64,000 nt of DNA from Protoeuglena noctilucae (lineage: Eukaryota), in assembly GCA_958009085.1 (NCBI GenBank), contig OY253673.1, positions 1,426,001-1,490,000 on the forward strand, written 5' to 3'. Both the position numbers and the translations under genes were made by a program. Under the pieces are notes generated by a model. That model saw only the letters and a program-made list of their open reading frames with translations. It did no database searches and was not told the origin of the DNA. Positions 1 to 13,200 of the stretch are shown here, in pieces; the stretch's first letter is position 1, and each line of letters begins with the position of its first letter.

Positions 1-573
1 CGGCTCTCAAGCAGGGCAGCTCAGTACCAGCCGCAGCAGTACCGCAGCAATAGCAACTCTGGGTGACTTGCACCAAGACTGTGGGCCCCCAAACGCTCGT
101 GGAGCACGCACCTGCTCGGGCGTGGTATCCTGCGCGTAGTTGGTCGCCTTCGAGACTCGGACGATTTCATCAATCGCCGCGCTGAGGTCCATCTGCGTGA
201 CACGACCCAGTTTCCGCTTCGGTACAACGTGGACAGGCTGTCCTGCGCGCCTGGCAGCTTGCTGGTCCTCGCCTTCTGGCAGGCCCCGGCGGCCTGTGGC
301 TTGCCCGTTAACGCGGCCGCTACCACCGCCCTCGGTGTCCGGGGCATCCCCGATCGCGTCCCATGCCGGCAGCTGGGGCCCACGCACGCGCGGGCCGGCG
401 TTGCCATTAGGGTCCAGAGGATGCGGAGATCGCCGATGCGGTAGGGGCGTGCTCGTCTGCGAGTGGGGGCCAGATATTTCGCCGTGCATCCCACCCCTCT
501 TTGAGGGCGCCCGCAGCAGCCCCAGCCACGGACGCAGCCCGCCTCGCGACATCAGCGTTGCATTGATGGACAT
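1..573 (-). CDS. Partial hypothetical intron-containing gene running off the left end of the window
   Basis: Minus-strand exon-like segment MDLSAAIDEIVRVSKATNYAQDTTPEQ bounded by acceptor cacgcag| and donor CAG|GTGCGT near 110. No family recognised and the start is uncertain. Confidence 0.35.
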
Positions 574-1131
574 GGGCAGCGAAACGCACCGCGGAACGCG
601 TCCGGAGGCTGTGCCTGCTGTCAAGCCAGTCTAGACGGACAAGGACAGCTCGATGGGCGGCAGGACGCTCTATAGTTTGCTTGCAGTTCATGGTTTGTCC
701 AAGCGAGGTGGGCATTTACAGACCGACACGGTGTCATTTGACCTGAAACACCAGAGGAGCCTCAGGGGAGCTCCGGCGCCTTCATCACGATTGACCAGGA
801 GACTTGCTTGTTCACTCGCCCCCCTCCCCTCGCAAATCCCGCGCCAGGACCTGCAGAGGGACGTGTTCGCAGCGAAAGCCCCGTCACCGCTTATCCGCCG
901 GGCTCTCCAACCGCATCCAAAGCAGGTGGGGCATGGCACATACTGCACGGGCGCAGGGGACGGAGCCCCGGCGACGTGCCCTGCAAGGGCCCGGGAAGTG
1001 TCAAACTTCAGCGTGCGTTCGTACTCCCAGGGGCGGAGCGTGACGCCGACGGTGCGTGTGGCTCCGGGAGCCCCTGAACAGCCGGTTGCCTGGCTGGCGA
1101 GCCGCACGGAGCCTGGCGGGGGGACGGGGCA

Positions 1132-2611
1132 ATGCAGACGCGTTCGCGGAGGACGGGCGCCGATGGGCGCGCGGGAGCCCCGGCCGTGGCCGGCGCGGCG
1201 GATACGGGGGACGGAAACCTCAAAGACGTGACTGCGCTCGACGCCGCTCTGAATGAGATCGACGTGTTCGGTGAGGCTGGTCGCGAGTGTGTTGTCAGCA
1301 TCGAGGCGCACCGTCCCGCGCTCGCCGAGAACCTCCCCGCCGCGTGGCGCAGTGGAGAGTGCGTGCCGGGAGATTGACAGAAAGGCAGATGCGGCGGCGG
1401 CGAAAATGCGGACGCTCATGAGCATGGCCATGATTCGCATCCCCCTCAACCAGCGCGAGATGAAGATGGAGGAGTGGATGGCCATGGGCAACGGCGACAT
1501 CTTTGAGGTGCGGGAAGCGTCATGCGACTCACGCGAGGGCCTTCGCGGGCCCGAGGGCGACATGGGCCCGCGGCTGTGTCGTCGCAGGTCATCAAGCGTA
1601 TGAACGAGGAGCGTGTGGACCTAATGGAGGCGGATGCTCCGGGCACCGTGGCTGGCATGGCAGCGACAGGGATGCGCACGACCCGTCGCCGGGGCAGGAA
1701 TGCTGAGGACGCTCCCGACGCCACCGTCGTGCGGCCCCGGACACGCATGCGGGCGGACGCGCAGGCCTTCGCCACGCCCGCGCCGAGTCGCGCCGGCCCC
1801 TCCGCCGCGCCGGCCGCAGCTGCCATCGTCCCCGGCACCGCATCCCGCCTCCCCCAGATGGGCGAGGTGGTCTACTCTGCCCAAGGTGCAGGGTTCGACT
1901 TACCAAGCCGCGTGCCCATCGCCGCCGCCCTCTGGTGCTGGACTCCACTGCCATCGCCGCCCTCGCCGCAGGGTCCCCGCTCGGCATCCACCAGGGCGGC
2001 GCCATCGTCACGCCTGCACCGGGAACGGTCCTCCCATCGGCCGTCACCCGGCGCGCCAGGCCGACGGTCAACATCAAGCTCACCTCCGCTTCGCAGGCGA
2101 GCGCGCGTGACAGCAAAAGCCGCCGCCGCTCGGGCCGCCGCCACACGCGCCGAGCCGCAGACGAAGAGGGGCTGGTGCGTGATGTACATACACAGGAGTC
2201 GCGGACACGGTCGCGCACCAAGCGGGCCAGGGTGGCGAAGGGGGGGAACCGAGTGCCGGAGACGGTGGAGGAGGGCGAGGAAGGGGAGGAGGAGGAGGTG
2301 AGAGGGGCGCCATCTGTGTTGCATTATTACACGGCAACATGGCTCGCGGCGGCCCCATTTTATGGTGGTCTCGCTGCCTGCGACGCTGCTCGCGTCCCCG
2401 CCCACTCCTGCCCGTGATTCTTGTCGCCACCGCTGCCGCACTCGCGCAGGCCATCGCCGTGGAAATCGACGGGGCCAAATTCCACGTTGACAAGTCGGGC
2501 ATCCGGCCGGAGGGGGGATCTGACGCCATCAAACTGGCTCCCAGCCTTTTTGAGACTCTTAAGAACATAGTGGGGACAGCCGTGGGGTCCCTCGCCGGCC
2601 TAGGGCGCTGA
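1132..2611 (+). CDS. Borealin-like chromosomal passenger complex subunit
   Basis: Spliced model (introns about 1271-1352, 1509-1587, 1886-1970, 2297-2449). N-terminal helix LDAALNEIDVFVESACREIDRKADAAAAKMRTLMSMAMIRIPLNQREMKMEEW resembles Nbl1/Borealin-N. RLPQMGEVVYSAQGSPL matches the borealin-type P..GE..+S.NGSPL motif. Stop at 2611. Confidence 0.65.
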
Positions 2612-2736
2612 CAGTGCAGCTGACAGTCAGAACGATGGCTGCAGCCTCCATCCGCCGCCTCGGCTGAAACACCCTCGCCAGCTCCGTAACATCGCGCCCT
2701 AGTACGTGGACCAGGCGTGCTTCCTGCACAATATCA

Positions 2737-5700
2737 TGGGTTTCTTGAACTGGAAGAGGCAATTGAGGCCCCCAGACCTGGAGGTGGCGCAAAGAGGTAG
2801 GAAACTCTTTGCCGCGCTGAAATATTTGTCGAATCGAGCGGTTGGGGTGGGAAAGGGCGATCCTTTTTGCAGCTTACGTGACCCCGCGGGGGAACCTCGA
2901 CCCCAAGCTTCGCCCCGTCACTCACCGCAGCGTCCGCAGAGGCAGGAGAGACTGCGGGGGAGGGTCCGAGGGGCGCGCACGACAAGGATAGGGAAGATGC
3001 CGCGTCCGAGTCCACCGTCTCGCTGCGGAGCTCCGGGGTGCCCGCATGGAAGCGACGCGTCGACGCCACCGACTACTTGGAGTGGCGCGAGCAGGTTGAC
3101 CCGTTTCGAGAGCGGCCCGGTGTGTTCTTCAAGGCCCTATCGCTGGTGGTGCGCGAGTGGTGGGTCCCGCGGACCGAGCTCGTGACGGAGGTCTTGGCGG
3201 GCATCGCGGGAGGCCTGTCCGGTGAGTCGCTTGTGGCCATTTCATCGGACGGGCCCTCCCCCGGCTGTCGGGAGGTTGTCCAGGGCCCGCGCCGGCCTGT
3301 GCTGCCGCCCTAATTGCGTCCGATGTTGATGGGGCCGGCATGCGGCGTCGCCTGTTTTGCCGCGCGCGCCACAGCGCCTAGCGCCTCTTTCCCTCCTCTC
3401 TAGCCCCGTGTCTCGTCGCCGTGTCATGGCAGCGTGCCCTGCTGCTTTGCAGTGATTCCCGAGGTCGTCGCCTTCGCGCTGGTGGCGGGCGTGGCCCCGC
3501 AGAGGAGCATCCAGACGTCCATGATCATCTGCGGCATCGTCACCGTCTTCGGCGGCCGCCCGGGGATGGTCTCCGCCGCTGCAGGCACGTGCGCCGCAAC
3601 ACTCGCGGCCGCAAACACCGCCCTTGCTTCGCGTGCCCTCGACCCCCTCCCTCTCGCACCTCGCAGGCGTCGTCGCCATCATCGCCAAGGGTCTCGTGTC
3701 CTTCTACGGCATCGGCCACCTCTTCTACGCCGTCATTCTCATGGGCATATTCCAGCTCGCCATCTTCGTGCTCCGCGGGGGGCAGTTCGTGCACCTCATT
3801 CCCCACACGGTCATGCAGGGGGCCTTCAACGGCCTCTCCCTCGTCATCGCCTTCGCCCAGGTGAGAACTGGCGTGGACCAGAGAGGCTTTGTGCAGCGCC
3901 CGACAACTTCAGGTCTCTTCACCTTGTGATGCGCTTGCAGCCAGACACAAGCACCCACGCTCTGCCCCTCACGTTGCGCCTTTGCAGGTGAAGGCCTTCA
4001 AGGCGGGACAGGAGGTGCACGAGCTCACCTGCCCCTCCCCGTCGTCCACCCCCGCCCCTGGCCGCCATTTGTCCAACATCCAAGTCTTTGAGCACGGGGG
4101 GTGGCTCACGGGGTCCCAGCCGCTCTGGATGCTCCTCGAGGTCGCAGTGACCATCGGGGTGAGGCGGCGTTGGGGGGGCCTTGCTTTGTCCAGGCACTAT
4201 GTTGTGTCTGAGCTTGCTGAGCACGGGGGGGTCTGGGTGCGTGTGCTGATCACCACACCACTCCCTGCGCCCAGGTCATCGTCGGGATGGGTTTCGTGAA
4301 AAACCAATACGTGCAGGCCATCCCCCGCTCCCTCATGGGCATCGTGGCGTGCATCGTGGTCGAGTTTGGGATCGTGCGCAACGCCGGCGGGCGCACCAAG
4401 TCCATCCAAGACATCGCGCAGGTGGGTGGAGTTGATAGGTCAAATGGGACACATCTCTCTCTCCTGCCGCAAGCGCGCGCCCGTCCTTGCTGCTGCCACC
4501 TTCACATACGCACCCCACTCCCCGTCACCTTCACATGCACGCGCCACTCCCGTCACCTGCTTATGCGCGCCCCCCACTCCCCCTCGCCCCCCCAGGCCAC
4601 GGGCAAGCTGCCCCAGTGGACGTGGTCCCTCTGCGGCCTCCCCGCCTTCGACACCACCCTCCTCTCCCGCATCTGGCTGCCGGCACTGTCCATGGCGGTA
4701 TCGGGTCTCCTGGAGACGGTGCTTACCCAGGCGAGTCGCGATGCAACGGGGCCATGCACGCCCCATGCTTGTCGTCCACCACCACTGCATCCAACCCCTG
4801 ACCCCGCACTCGTGTCAGCCACACCACTGCATCCGACCCCGCGCTCGCCCCATCCCCTTGCAGGCGATGGTGGACGGCGTGACGCAGTGGCACACCAGCC
4901 CCAGCCGCGAGATCTTCGCCCAGGGCCTGGCCAACGTGGTGGCCGGGTGCCTGGGCGGCACGGGCGGCGCGGCCATGATCGGCGAAACCATGGTCGTGCT
5001 GCAGTCCGGGGGATACAGGCGCTTGGCCACGCTGGCCATCTTCGGCCTTTTGCTCATCATCAACACGGCCGCGTACCCCGCCATCAACGTGATTCCCATC
5101 AGCGCCCTGGTCGGCGTCATGTGGGTCGTGTGCGCGCGCACCATCGACCTGCGCGCCCTGCGCGTGGCCTTCACGTCCTTCCTCCCCGCCCGCCTCCGCC
5201 GCGCGTGGGGCTTCGCGTCCGACCACAAGGTGCGGCGCATGGACGCCCTCGTGCTCCTGGCCGTCACCGTGCTCACCGTCGTCCTCGACAACCTGTTCAT
5301 CGCCGTCGCCGTGGGGCTCGTCGCCACCGCCCTCGCCTTTGCCTGGGACGCCTCGTCCACCCTCCACCTGGCGGCTGTTACGGACACGGTCGACGATCGG
5401 GGGAGGCCCCGGCGGGTCTACGAGATCCAGGGGCCACTCTTCTTCGGGAGCGCCAGGAGATTCTTGGATTTCTTCGACCCGGTGAGGGCGCGGGAGTGCG
5501 GGAGAGTGCTAGAGAGCATGCACGGATGCCTGTGATTCGGTATTAAGATGCAGCGTGCATAGATGTTTGTGCTTTTGTCTGCGCTGCCGCCCCTGCCCAC
5601 GTCTCCACTCACACCCACGCTCATGCCTCTGTTCATGTCTCTACTGGCATCCCCGCTTACACCCCGGCTCATGCCCACCACCCCACCACCCTCCCCTCCT

Positions 5701-6077
5701 CCCAGCGCGGGGGCCCGGGGGACGCCGAGGTGCACTGCCAGGAGATGAGCATCATGGACTACAGCGGCCTGGAGGCCATCGCGAATCTGGGCGCGCAGTA
5801 CCTCGAGGCCGGCAAGCGCGTGCACGTGCGATACCTGCGGCCCAAGTGCCTGCACATGGCGCGAAAGGCCAAGGGGGTCGCGCAGGCGGTGGTGGTGGAG
5901 CAATTCGACGATGCCTTTGTGGAGGAGGTAGAGAGGGGCATTGGGGGAGAGGGAACTGCGGGGGGTGCGAGCGGGGGTGGCCAGGAGTCCTGGCGCGTGC
6001 AGGTTGAGCCCAGCCGGCATTCCATCGACATCGCCGCGCACCGACCCGAGGCCGAATGGGAGGGCTTCCACGCCTGA
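2737..6077 (+). CDS. SulP/SLC26 family anion (sulfate/bicarbonate/dicarboxylate) transporter with C-terminal STAS domain
   Basis: Spliced motifs EVLAGIAGGLSVIPEVVAFALVAGVAP, FGGRPGMVSAAAG, GAFNGLSLVIAFAQ, LLETVLTQAMVDGVT...PSREIFAQGLANVVAGCLGGTGGAAMIGET, and STAS YEIQGPLFFGSA...IMDYSGLEAI. The first exon is less certain. Confidence 0.9.
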
Positions 6078-8821
6078 CGTGGCTGCGATGTTTTTGACAT
6101 GTACTGTCGTTGCACTAGGGGCCTGTAGTACGCGCGCCCCCTGCTCTCGTGACACCAGCTTCACACGCTTCCCGCCCCCGTGTTGGGTGCCAAGCACACT
6201 GCTGGGCGCTTATCATACTGCTCGCCCTCTCGGCCATTGCACCCCACGTAACCCCTCTTTCGCACACACACACACGCCCCACTGCCTACCCTATACCACC
6301 ACCACGGCAGGGTAGCACGCTGCGTGGGAATTTGGAGGCCTCTTCGTTAACCGGCCGTTTTTGTTGTCAAGAGAGCAGACGCATTTGGTCTCTTGCGCTC
6401 CTTAGCCTTGAATTCAAGTTCCCCGGGAAACTGCGCGGCATCTAACTATCTGGCTAGCTCAGGTCCGATCCCGTCACTGCATTGCATCTAACGCACCGTG
6501 CTGTGCTGACTACTATGCGAAAGGTCCGAAAGGTCTATCAACAAACCTGCGTGTTCCTAGGCATCGGTGTCCTGACCCTGACTGTGAACCCAATTCCGAA
6601 AAGACAGCCACCCTCTACGCCCACCAAGGCTGCCATCCATGGAGGGCGTGCCACCCAGGGGGGCAGCCGCATGGGCGAATGGCGCTGAGAGATGTCCGCA
6701 TGCATTCTACGCAACAGGTTGGCTGAGTGGGTGGGCACCAGCCTAGGGAGCCAGTGGCAGCTTAGATACCGAGATGGCCTGTGGGGTGCGTGCCGTGGGT
6801 GGCAGGCGGGGAGGCCTCCCCGCGAATGGCGCGGGCGTGCGTCAGCCACGCCACAACGCCGTCCCCTTCCCCCGCAGAGGGAGCGGCGGGGCCATAGCAT
6901 GCGTGACCATAGCCAGGCTCACTTCCCCGCGCGTCTTCCCGGGACACCGTCGATGAGAGGCGCAGCTGGGATGGCCGGAATGCCACGTGCGTGCGTGGGT
7001 CGGGGCCCGACTGGGGCGAGTCATCGGGGAAGTGCCTGGGTGGGGTGGCTTGCAGGGGACGCATGCGGTGGGGATCCCAGGGGAGCTGCAGGGCAGCGGG
7101 GGATGCCGCGAACAGAGGCGAGGCGAGGGCGGCTGGGAACAGAGGCGAGGAGTCGGCTCCGGTGGGAGGGAACAGATGCTGCGACGCGGAGCGCTCGGGG
7201 AGCGTGCTCTGGCTGGGGCCCTGGTCGGGCAAAGCCACCGTCAGGGCGGGGAGGGCTGGGGGCCTGGCGCCGACTGCCAGTGGCCTGGAGAGGGGCAGGG
7301 CGTGCGCGAAGGGGGCGTGCGCGGTGCGAGAGTGGGATTCGCTTGTACTGCGGGAATGGCAGAGGTTGGGAGCGGGTTTATCTCACCACCGCGCGTAGCA
7401 CCCCCACCGCGCATGGCAGGCTGGCTGCCACCCGCCTGTCCAGGTGAGCCCCATCCGCGGCACGCTGGGCATCAGCGGGAGTCGACAGCGACCCATGAGA
7501 CGAAGATTTGGCCGGCATGCGTCCCGGAGACCCCGCTGCCGGGTCGCAAACAACGCTCCGTCGCTGACTGGCCCCACGCCACCCTGCTGTGGCCTCGACC
7601 GCGCTGTCACCCAGCACCGTCGCCCGAGATGCCGTGAGGGCGGGGGAGTCCGTCACGTCCGCCAGGGACTTGGTATTTCGCCAGTGAACGGGGCGGGTCA
7701 TCGTGGGCCCTGCCACCCCACGGGCGTGGATCTGCGGGGGAAGAGAGACAGAGACAGCGTTCTGCTCCTGGTCCTCGGCTACTGATAGTGCAGGGTGGCA
7801 TCACTCGCGTCGACATTCACGGGGAGCCTCGCGCTGGGGCACGTGCCTTGCTCGAGATGCGCCGCAGCGTCCTCGCGAACCGCGCAAACACCCCACCGCG
7901 CGGGCTGACATGTGAACCTGGGGGCGAGGCGCTTGCAAGGCCTTACAGCTATGGAAGGCCCTGCCTCCTCGCATCGAATGCCCCGTTCGCTCCCCGCGTG
8001 CCCCAGCCATGGACCCCACCTGCCCTTGGTGATGCGGCCTCTGCCACCGCGTCCCCCGTGTCATCGCCGGCCTCGACGCAGCGCCCCGTCGGCACCGCGA
8101 GCAGCGCCAGGACGGCCACGGCGTCGTCCTGGAGAGCGCTCGGCTGCACTGGCCTGTCGTGGGGGCCCAGGGTGGTACTGGACGGGACCCCGGCACCTTG
8201 CTCGTCTCTGCCTGTCCCGGTGAGCGTCATGACGGCGGGGTGCACCCAGTGCCCACCCCGGGTTTCCTCAGCTGTCAAACCTTGGCCACGCGCAGCAGGC
8301 TCGAGACCCTGCCCGCCTCGTGGCTGCATCGGTAGACTGCCTGAAGGCGATCCGTACTGCGTCACTACCTATAAAAGCCAATGCGTCGGCCGGGGAGGGT
8401 TGCTGTCAACAGGCGCGGAGCATGGCGTCACTGCAGCGTGTGGGCGAGGGGCATGCATCCAGCAGCGAACTTCGGCTCGGTTGAGAAGCTTCAGCTGATC
8501 ATCACTCATCTACTCAACGCGTTCGCGGGCCAATGAGAGGGACAGGTGCGCGTCTCGCACCAGGAGAGCCCTGGTCAAGACTGTGCGTATCTTGACGGCC
8601 CGAGGGACGAACGATTGCGCTTGCGACTCGCAGGGCCACAAAAGTGACGGTTGCGTCAGGAGAGTTGCTGCTCGGCGTGCAGAGCGTGGGACGCAGCGTT
8701 GACCCTGACTTCTGCCGCAGCCGAGGCACGATATTGCACCAAAACGTCAATTCTGACTCGTGTGAAACAAAATTACGATGCACGATGGCCTGAAGAGCCC
8801 GAAGAGGGCTTTCCACGCGCT

Positions 8822-8940
8822 CACCATCGGGAAAACCGCGAGTCTGGCGTCAGTCGGATCATCCCCGTGATACCCAGGAATCGTGGGGATCATCCCGCTG
8901 ATCCCGGGGTATCAGAGGGATCATCCCAGTGATCCCACTG
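8822..8940 (+). repeat. Left TIR plus GGGATC/GATCCC subterminal repeat array
   Basis: TCATCCCAGTGATCCC (8921-8936) is the exact reverse complement of 14320-14335. GGATCATCCCCGTGAT (8856-8871) is the exact reverse complement of 14292-14307. Confidence 0.85.
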
Positions 8941-10201
8941 ACGACACAGACTGTAATGTAAACCCTCATTGAGCCCAGTGATTCCAGCCGCGCGCCCGAT
9001 CTCCCTGGGGAGGCCGTTTTACGCGGCGCGGTTACGGCCACGGCGCACCCGGGATGCGAGAGGCCGCTGGGAGCAGTTTCGCGGCATTTCGTCGTGGTCG
9101 GGGATCGCGGGGAGCGGGGCCCACTCGGGAGCGCAGCGGCGCCGGAAGCGTTAGCCGAGGCTATCCCGCCGCCTATCTTCCTTCTCGGCCGCGATCAGAC
9201 CTATCTTGATCGCGATCGGACGCATCTTTTGGGCACCCGCGCTCCGGGGCCCGCGCGGCCCGGGGGGCTCCGTTCGGCCCGTAATCGCTCCCTAGCGTAG
9301 CTATTGGTATTTCAATCCCTACGCCGAGGTTACATGACCATCCGTGACGCTCTAGGCAACGCACTCATGCACGCACATGCAGCCGGACTCGGGCGGCCGC
9401 AGGCGCGACGGGAGCGCGCAGCGACCACCGCCAGAGGCACCGACCGCTTGTTCCGGACGCTGCCGCTCCATCGGGGAGCGGCGCTCCGGCACTCGGGCCA
9501 GGCACTCGGGAGATGGTGGCGTGCGCGACTCCGCCGTGCCGACGGCCGCCCCAGGAGTCGATGACCACCGCTGCGGGGCGCCGCGGACGCCAGACGACAG
9601 ACAAGGGGCATGGGTCGGCGGACGAGCCATGGCGGGCCCGGCCAGCACCCGACCAGCGCCGGAACTTGGGACGAGGTGGCACGTGCGCCTGCGTGCTTGT
9701 TAGGCGAAGTTAGAGTCAGTCTCGGGGTGAGAGAGTGCAGGCACGGTGCCAGGTACAGTAAGCAAGTACAGAGATACCACGCTGGCGGACCAGCCCTTCG
9801 TCCCTCCCAGCCAACCAACCCCCCCTTGCACACCTGACCGTGTCGCAGACCCCACCGGTAGCGCAGCAGACCAACCGCGCACCTCGGGGACAGCGACAAT
9901 GTCCGACCTGATCTAGTCATGCGTATGCTGCATCTCACCTCACGGGAGCTGGCCCCTCCCCTCCCCAGCCACGTCAGCACACCTCGCAGATGGCTCAGCA
10001 GCAGGCTGCACTCTCACCCTAGAGAGGGACGATGATCCAGCGCTGTTCGCACCAGCAGCGCCGAGCCTCGCCTGTGCGCGGTGCTGTCGCTGCAGCCCTG
10101 CAATCCACCCCCGCTTGCCTGGAGGACTGACGACCCCTGAGCCTGCCTGACCCACAGAGCGCGCGCTGGACTTTCCTCACCTCCGCTTCCACGCCCTCAC
10201 C

Positions 10202-13200
10202 ATGCCCGCCTTGAACCCTGCATCGCAACCTGCGCTGCAGCTCACCATGCTCGAATGCGACGCGTGTGGAACGCAATTCGATACCCCGGCCAAGCTCGCC
10301 CGGCATCAGCAAAGATGCCCTGCGCTGTGGGGCTGGAGATATGGCGAGGAGAGCCGCCAGGAAGCACCCCGCCCCGCCGCCCCACACGAACACTATGTCT
10401 CTCCGTCTCTGCGAGGCTCGGACGGGCTGGCACGCGACAGCGCCAGCGCGGGACCAGACCAAGAACTGCGGGAGGAAGACGGGACGGCGGACGTTGCTGC
10501 GGGCAGTGATGGCGAGAGCGAAGATGTAGGACTCGCGTGGCTCCACTACGCCGACACGGACGTGGACATGGACGTGGACATTGACTCGGAGAGGGGTGAA
10601 CCGCCCGAGAGCGCCGGAGCGCATGATGCGCCCCAAGAGGACGCTCCTGGAGTCTCCTACCTTCCTGCGCCCGGGGAGTACGAACCGCTGAAGCTGCCGG
10701 AGGACCTGGAGGCATGGCGGGCCAGGAGCAGGGACAGTGACGATGAGTACCTGAGCCAACTTGAAGCAGGGGCGCAGTTCATGGCATCGCTGACGGCAGC
10801 GCATTTCGATTGCTTCGTGAAGCTGCGCCCCGACATCCGCGACGACCTTCTCGACCTCGGGCGCTCCCACCGCACGTTCCACACCTCACTCAACAGCATC
10901 CATGGCCAGTACGAGGTGCGTCACGCCGCGGTGCCGCTTGTGTCGAGGGCCTCGGACGCGGCCGAGGGGGCTGACGCCAACCAGTGCACGCACGGCCTGC
11001 AGGTTTTGCAAGAGGAGGGCAGCACAACCATCATCTACCAAACGATAACGGTGCTGAGGGACATGCTGGTGCACGCGGAGCAGATCAAGCCCAAGACGCT
11101 CGTTAAGTTGATGCGAGACTTCAGCGAGGCACGGGAACGGTCACGCCAGGCGCGGGCGAGACCACATGAGACGCATCCCAGCATCCACGAGAAGCTCACC
11201 TTCTCCCGGGCGAAGGGGTATAGCGACATAGCCGAGGCTGTCGCTGGCAAAGTCCGCCCCGAGCTGCACGCCCGGCTGCTCCTCGTGCCCGTCGCGTACA
11301 GCATCGACGGGGTGGAGATGACCAAGGGCGCATCGACGACGCCCATCCACATGCACCTCCTGTCGCCTTGCAAGGCCGTGAGGACAGGGACGCCGCGAAC
11401 CGTGGCCACCGTCGAGTCCATGAAGGCGAGAGGAGGATTGCCGGCGTTGCAGCCCACACGTCCACCACCACGCCGCGTGTATGAGTTGTCGCTCGAGGCC
11501 CCCGCAGGTGTCCGGGATCACTCCGGGGTCACAGGCAGACCTGAACAACAGAGAGGCCATCCAGCGGCGGCTGGCTGCCGTGGACCGGCAGCTGATTGGC
11601 GTGGCGAGGTCCGGTGGGGTGTGGATGACCCTCCCCGACGTCGGGAGAGTCATCGTCTTTCCCGTCTTGGCGGCGCAGCTGAACGACATGGTGGCCAACT
11701 CGTCCACGCTGGCCGTCAGGTCGTGCCCGCTGTGCCTCCAGGATGACTGCCGCACGCCTCGCACCGTCGCGCTGCATCGCCTCCAGGTGCAGCACATCCT
11801 GCGCTTGAGGAGGGACGTGGGGACGGCCAGGGCCAACGAACAAGCCAGGGAGAGCAAAATTCATCCTGTGGTTCCTGCCCTGTCGTACTGGGACGAGTTC
11901 GGGTCGGACTTGTATCAGGGCCAAGCACCTGACCCCATGCACACCGTGGAACTGGGAATGTTGGGCAAGACTGTTCCCTTCTGCATACTGACCGTCCTCT
12001 ACAACAACGCGGCAGCGGGAGAGTCTGCGACAAAGGCAAACGCCCTCTTGGCTGCGTTCGCATCGATCATTGCGGATGCCAAGGTGAGCTGCAGGTCAGG
12101 CAATGGCGTGCGTTGCCTGCAGTGGCGCCGCAGCTGCTCGGTATTCACCTGGCATGTCCATCGTCGTGTGGGTGGAGCGCAGGCCCCGGCATGGATCCAC
12201 GCCCGTCCGTGGGGCGAGACCTTCCAGATCGTGCTGAGCCTCGTGGACCCGTTTGGGAAGATAAAGGCGTACGAGGCGAGGTTCTTGATCCAAGCTCTGC
12301 CTTTCGCCCTCGTCGAGCTCTTCTCTCGAGGCGAGGCCGACAGTCAGCGCTGCGAGGGCATCGGGAGGAGCTGCGGGTATCGCGATGCGGGCCGGGGAAC
12401 CCCGGGAGTGTTTCCCCACCACCACATCCCTTGCAGAGCCTACGGGCAGCAAAGACGTGCACGACGAGAGGGTTGGGCTCGTGGCCGTAGCCCTGGCATG
12501 CCTTCAGCTCTATGCCGAATGGTCCCTGGAGAGCGCCACCATCGCAGGGGCGCAGGCGGCGGACGCGCAGCTGAATAAGGTCCTCCACGTGAGGCCTTCT
12601 CCAACACCAGCCCCATCGTTCGCTGCCCCTTACTCACTCTGGAAGCCTTGTCGCTGCCGTGTCGCCGCAGGTCGTGCTCAAGACGCTGCTGCGTGGCCAC
12701 GAAATCGTCCGCACGGAGAAGCCCCTCTTCAGCAAGATCGAGAACAGCCAGAAGTGCCACGCGCTTTCGCATTTCCCTGCAGTGGTGGCGAGGAACGGCT
12801 CCATCATGTTGGGCAGCATGAACGACGCCGAGCGCATGCACAAGCCCATTGCCAACGCGCGCACGAACGGCAAGGGCGACGTGCAGGTACAGGCAAGAAG
12901 CGCCGCCCAGCGTAGGCGACGCGGGGAAGCCCACGCAGGACGCGTTTCTTGCGACTCACACGTCTCGATGCGGTCGCACGGCGCTCGACCCGCGTGCCAT
13001 GCTGAGCCGCGCTGGACTGACCCCCGAGCCCTGTCGCAGGCGAGCACCAGCGTCATCTCTCAGAGGGCGGCCTCCGTCATCAAGAGCCGGGCGAGGGCGG
13101 AGCAGCCGGTCCCGTCCCAGCCCGAGGACCAAGTGAAGGGCGTGAAGACCGTCCTGAAGAAGAACGACCTGTGCAGCGAGGGACGCGCGGAAGACTTCGT

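Noticed and set aside
1..624. Possible Rad21/Rec8 N-terminus (KRKLGRVTQMDLSAAIDEIV)
   Set aside because: Part of the match probably lies in an intron, and the conserved W.AA and LRLS..LL.G motifs are not in a consistent frame.
8856..8940. GGGATC repeats as a CRISPR array
   Set aside because: Eukaryotic context, no constant repeat-spacer period and no cas genes. They are better explained as transposon subterminal repeats.
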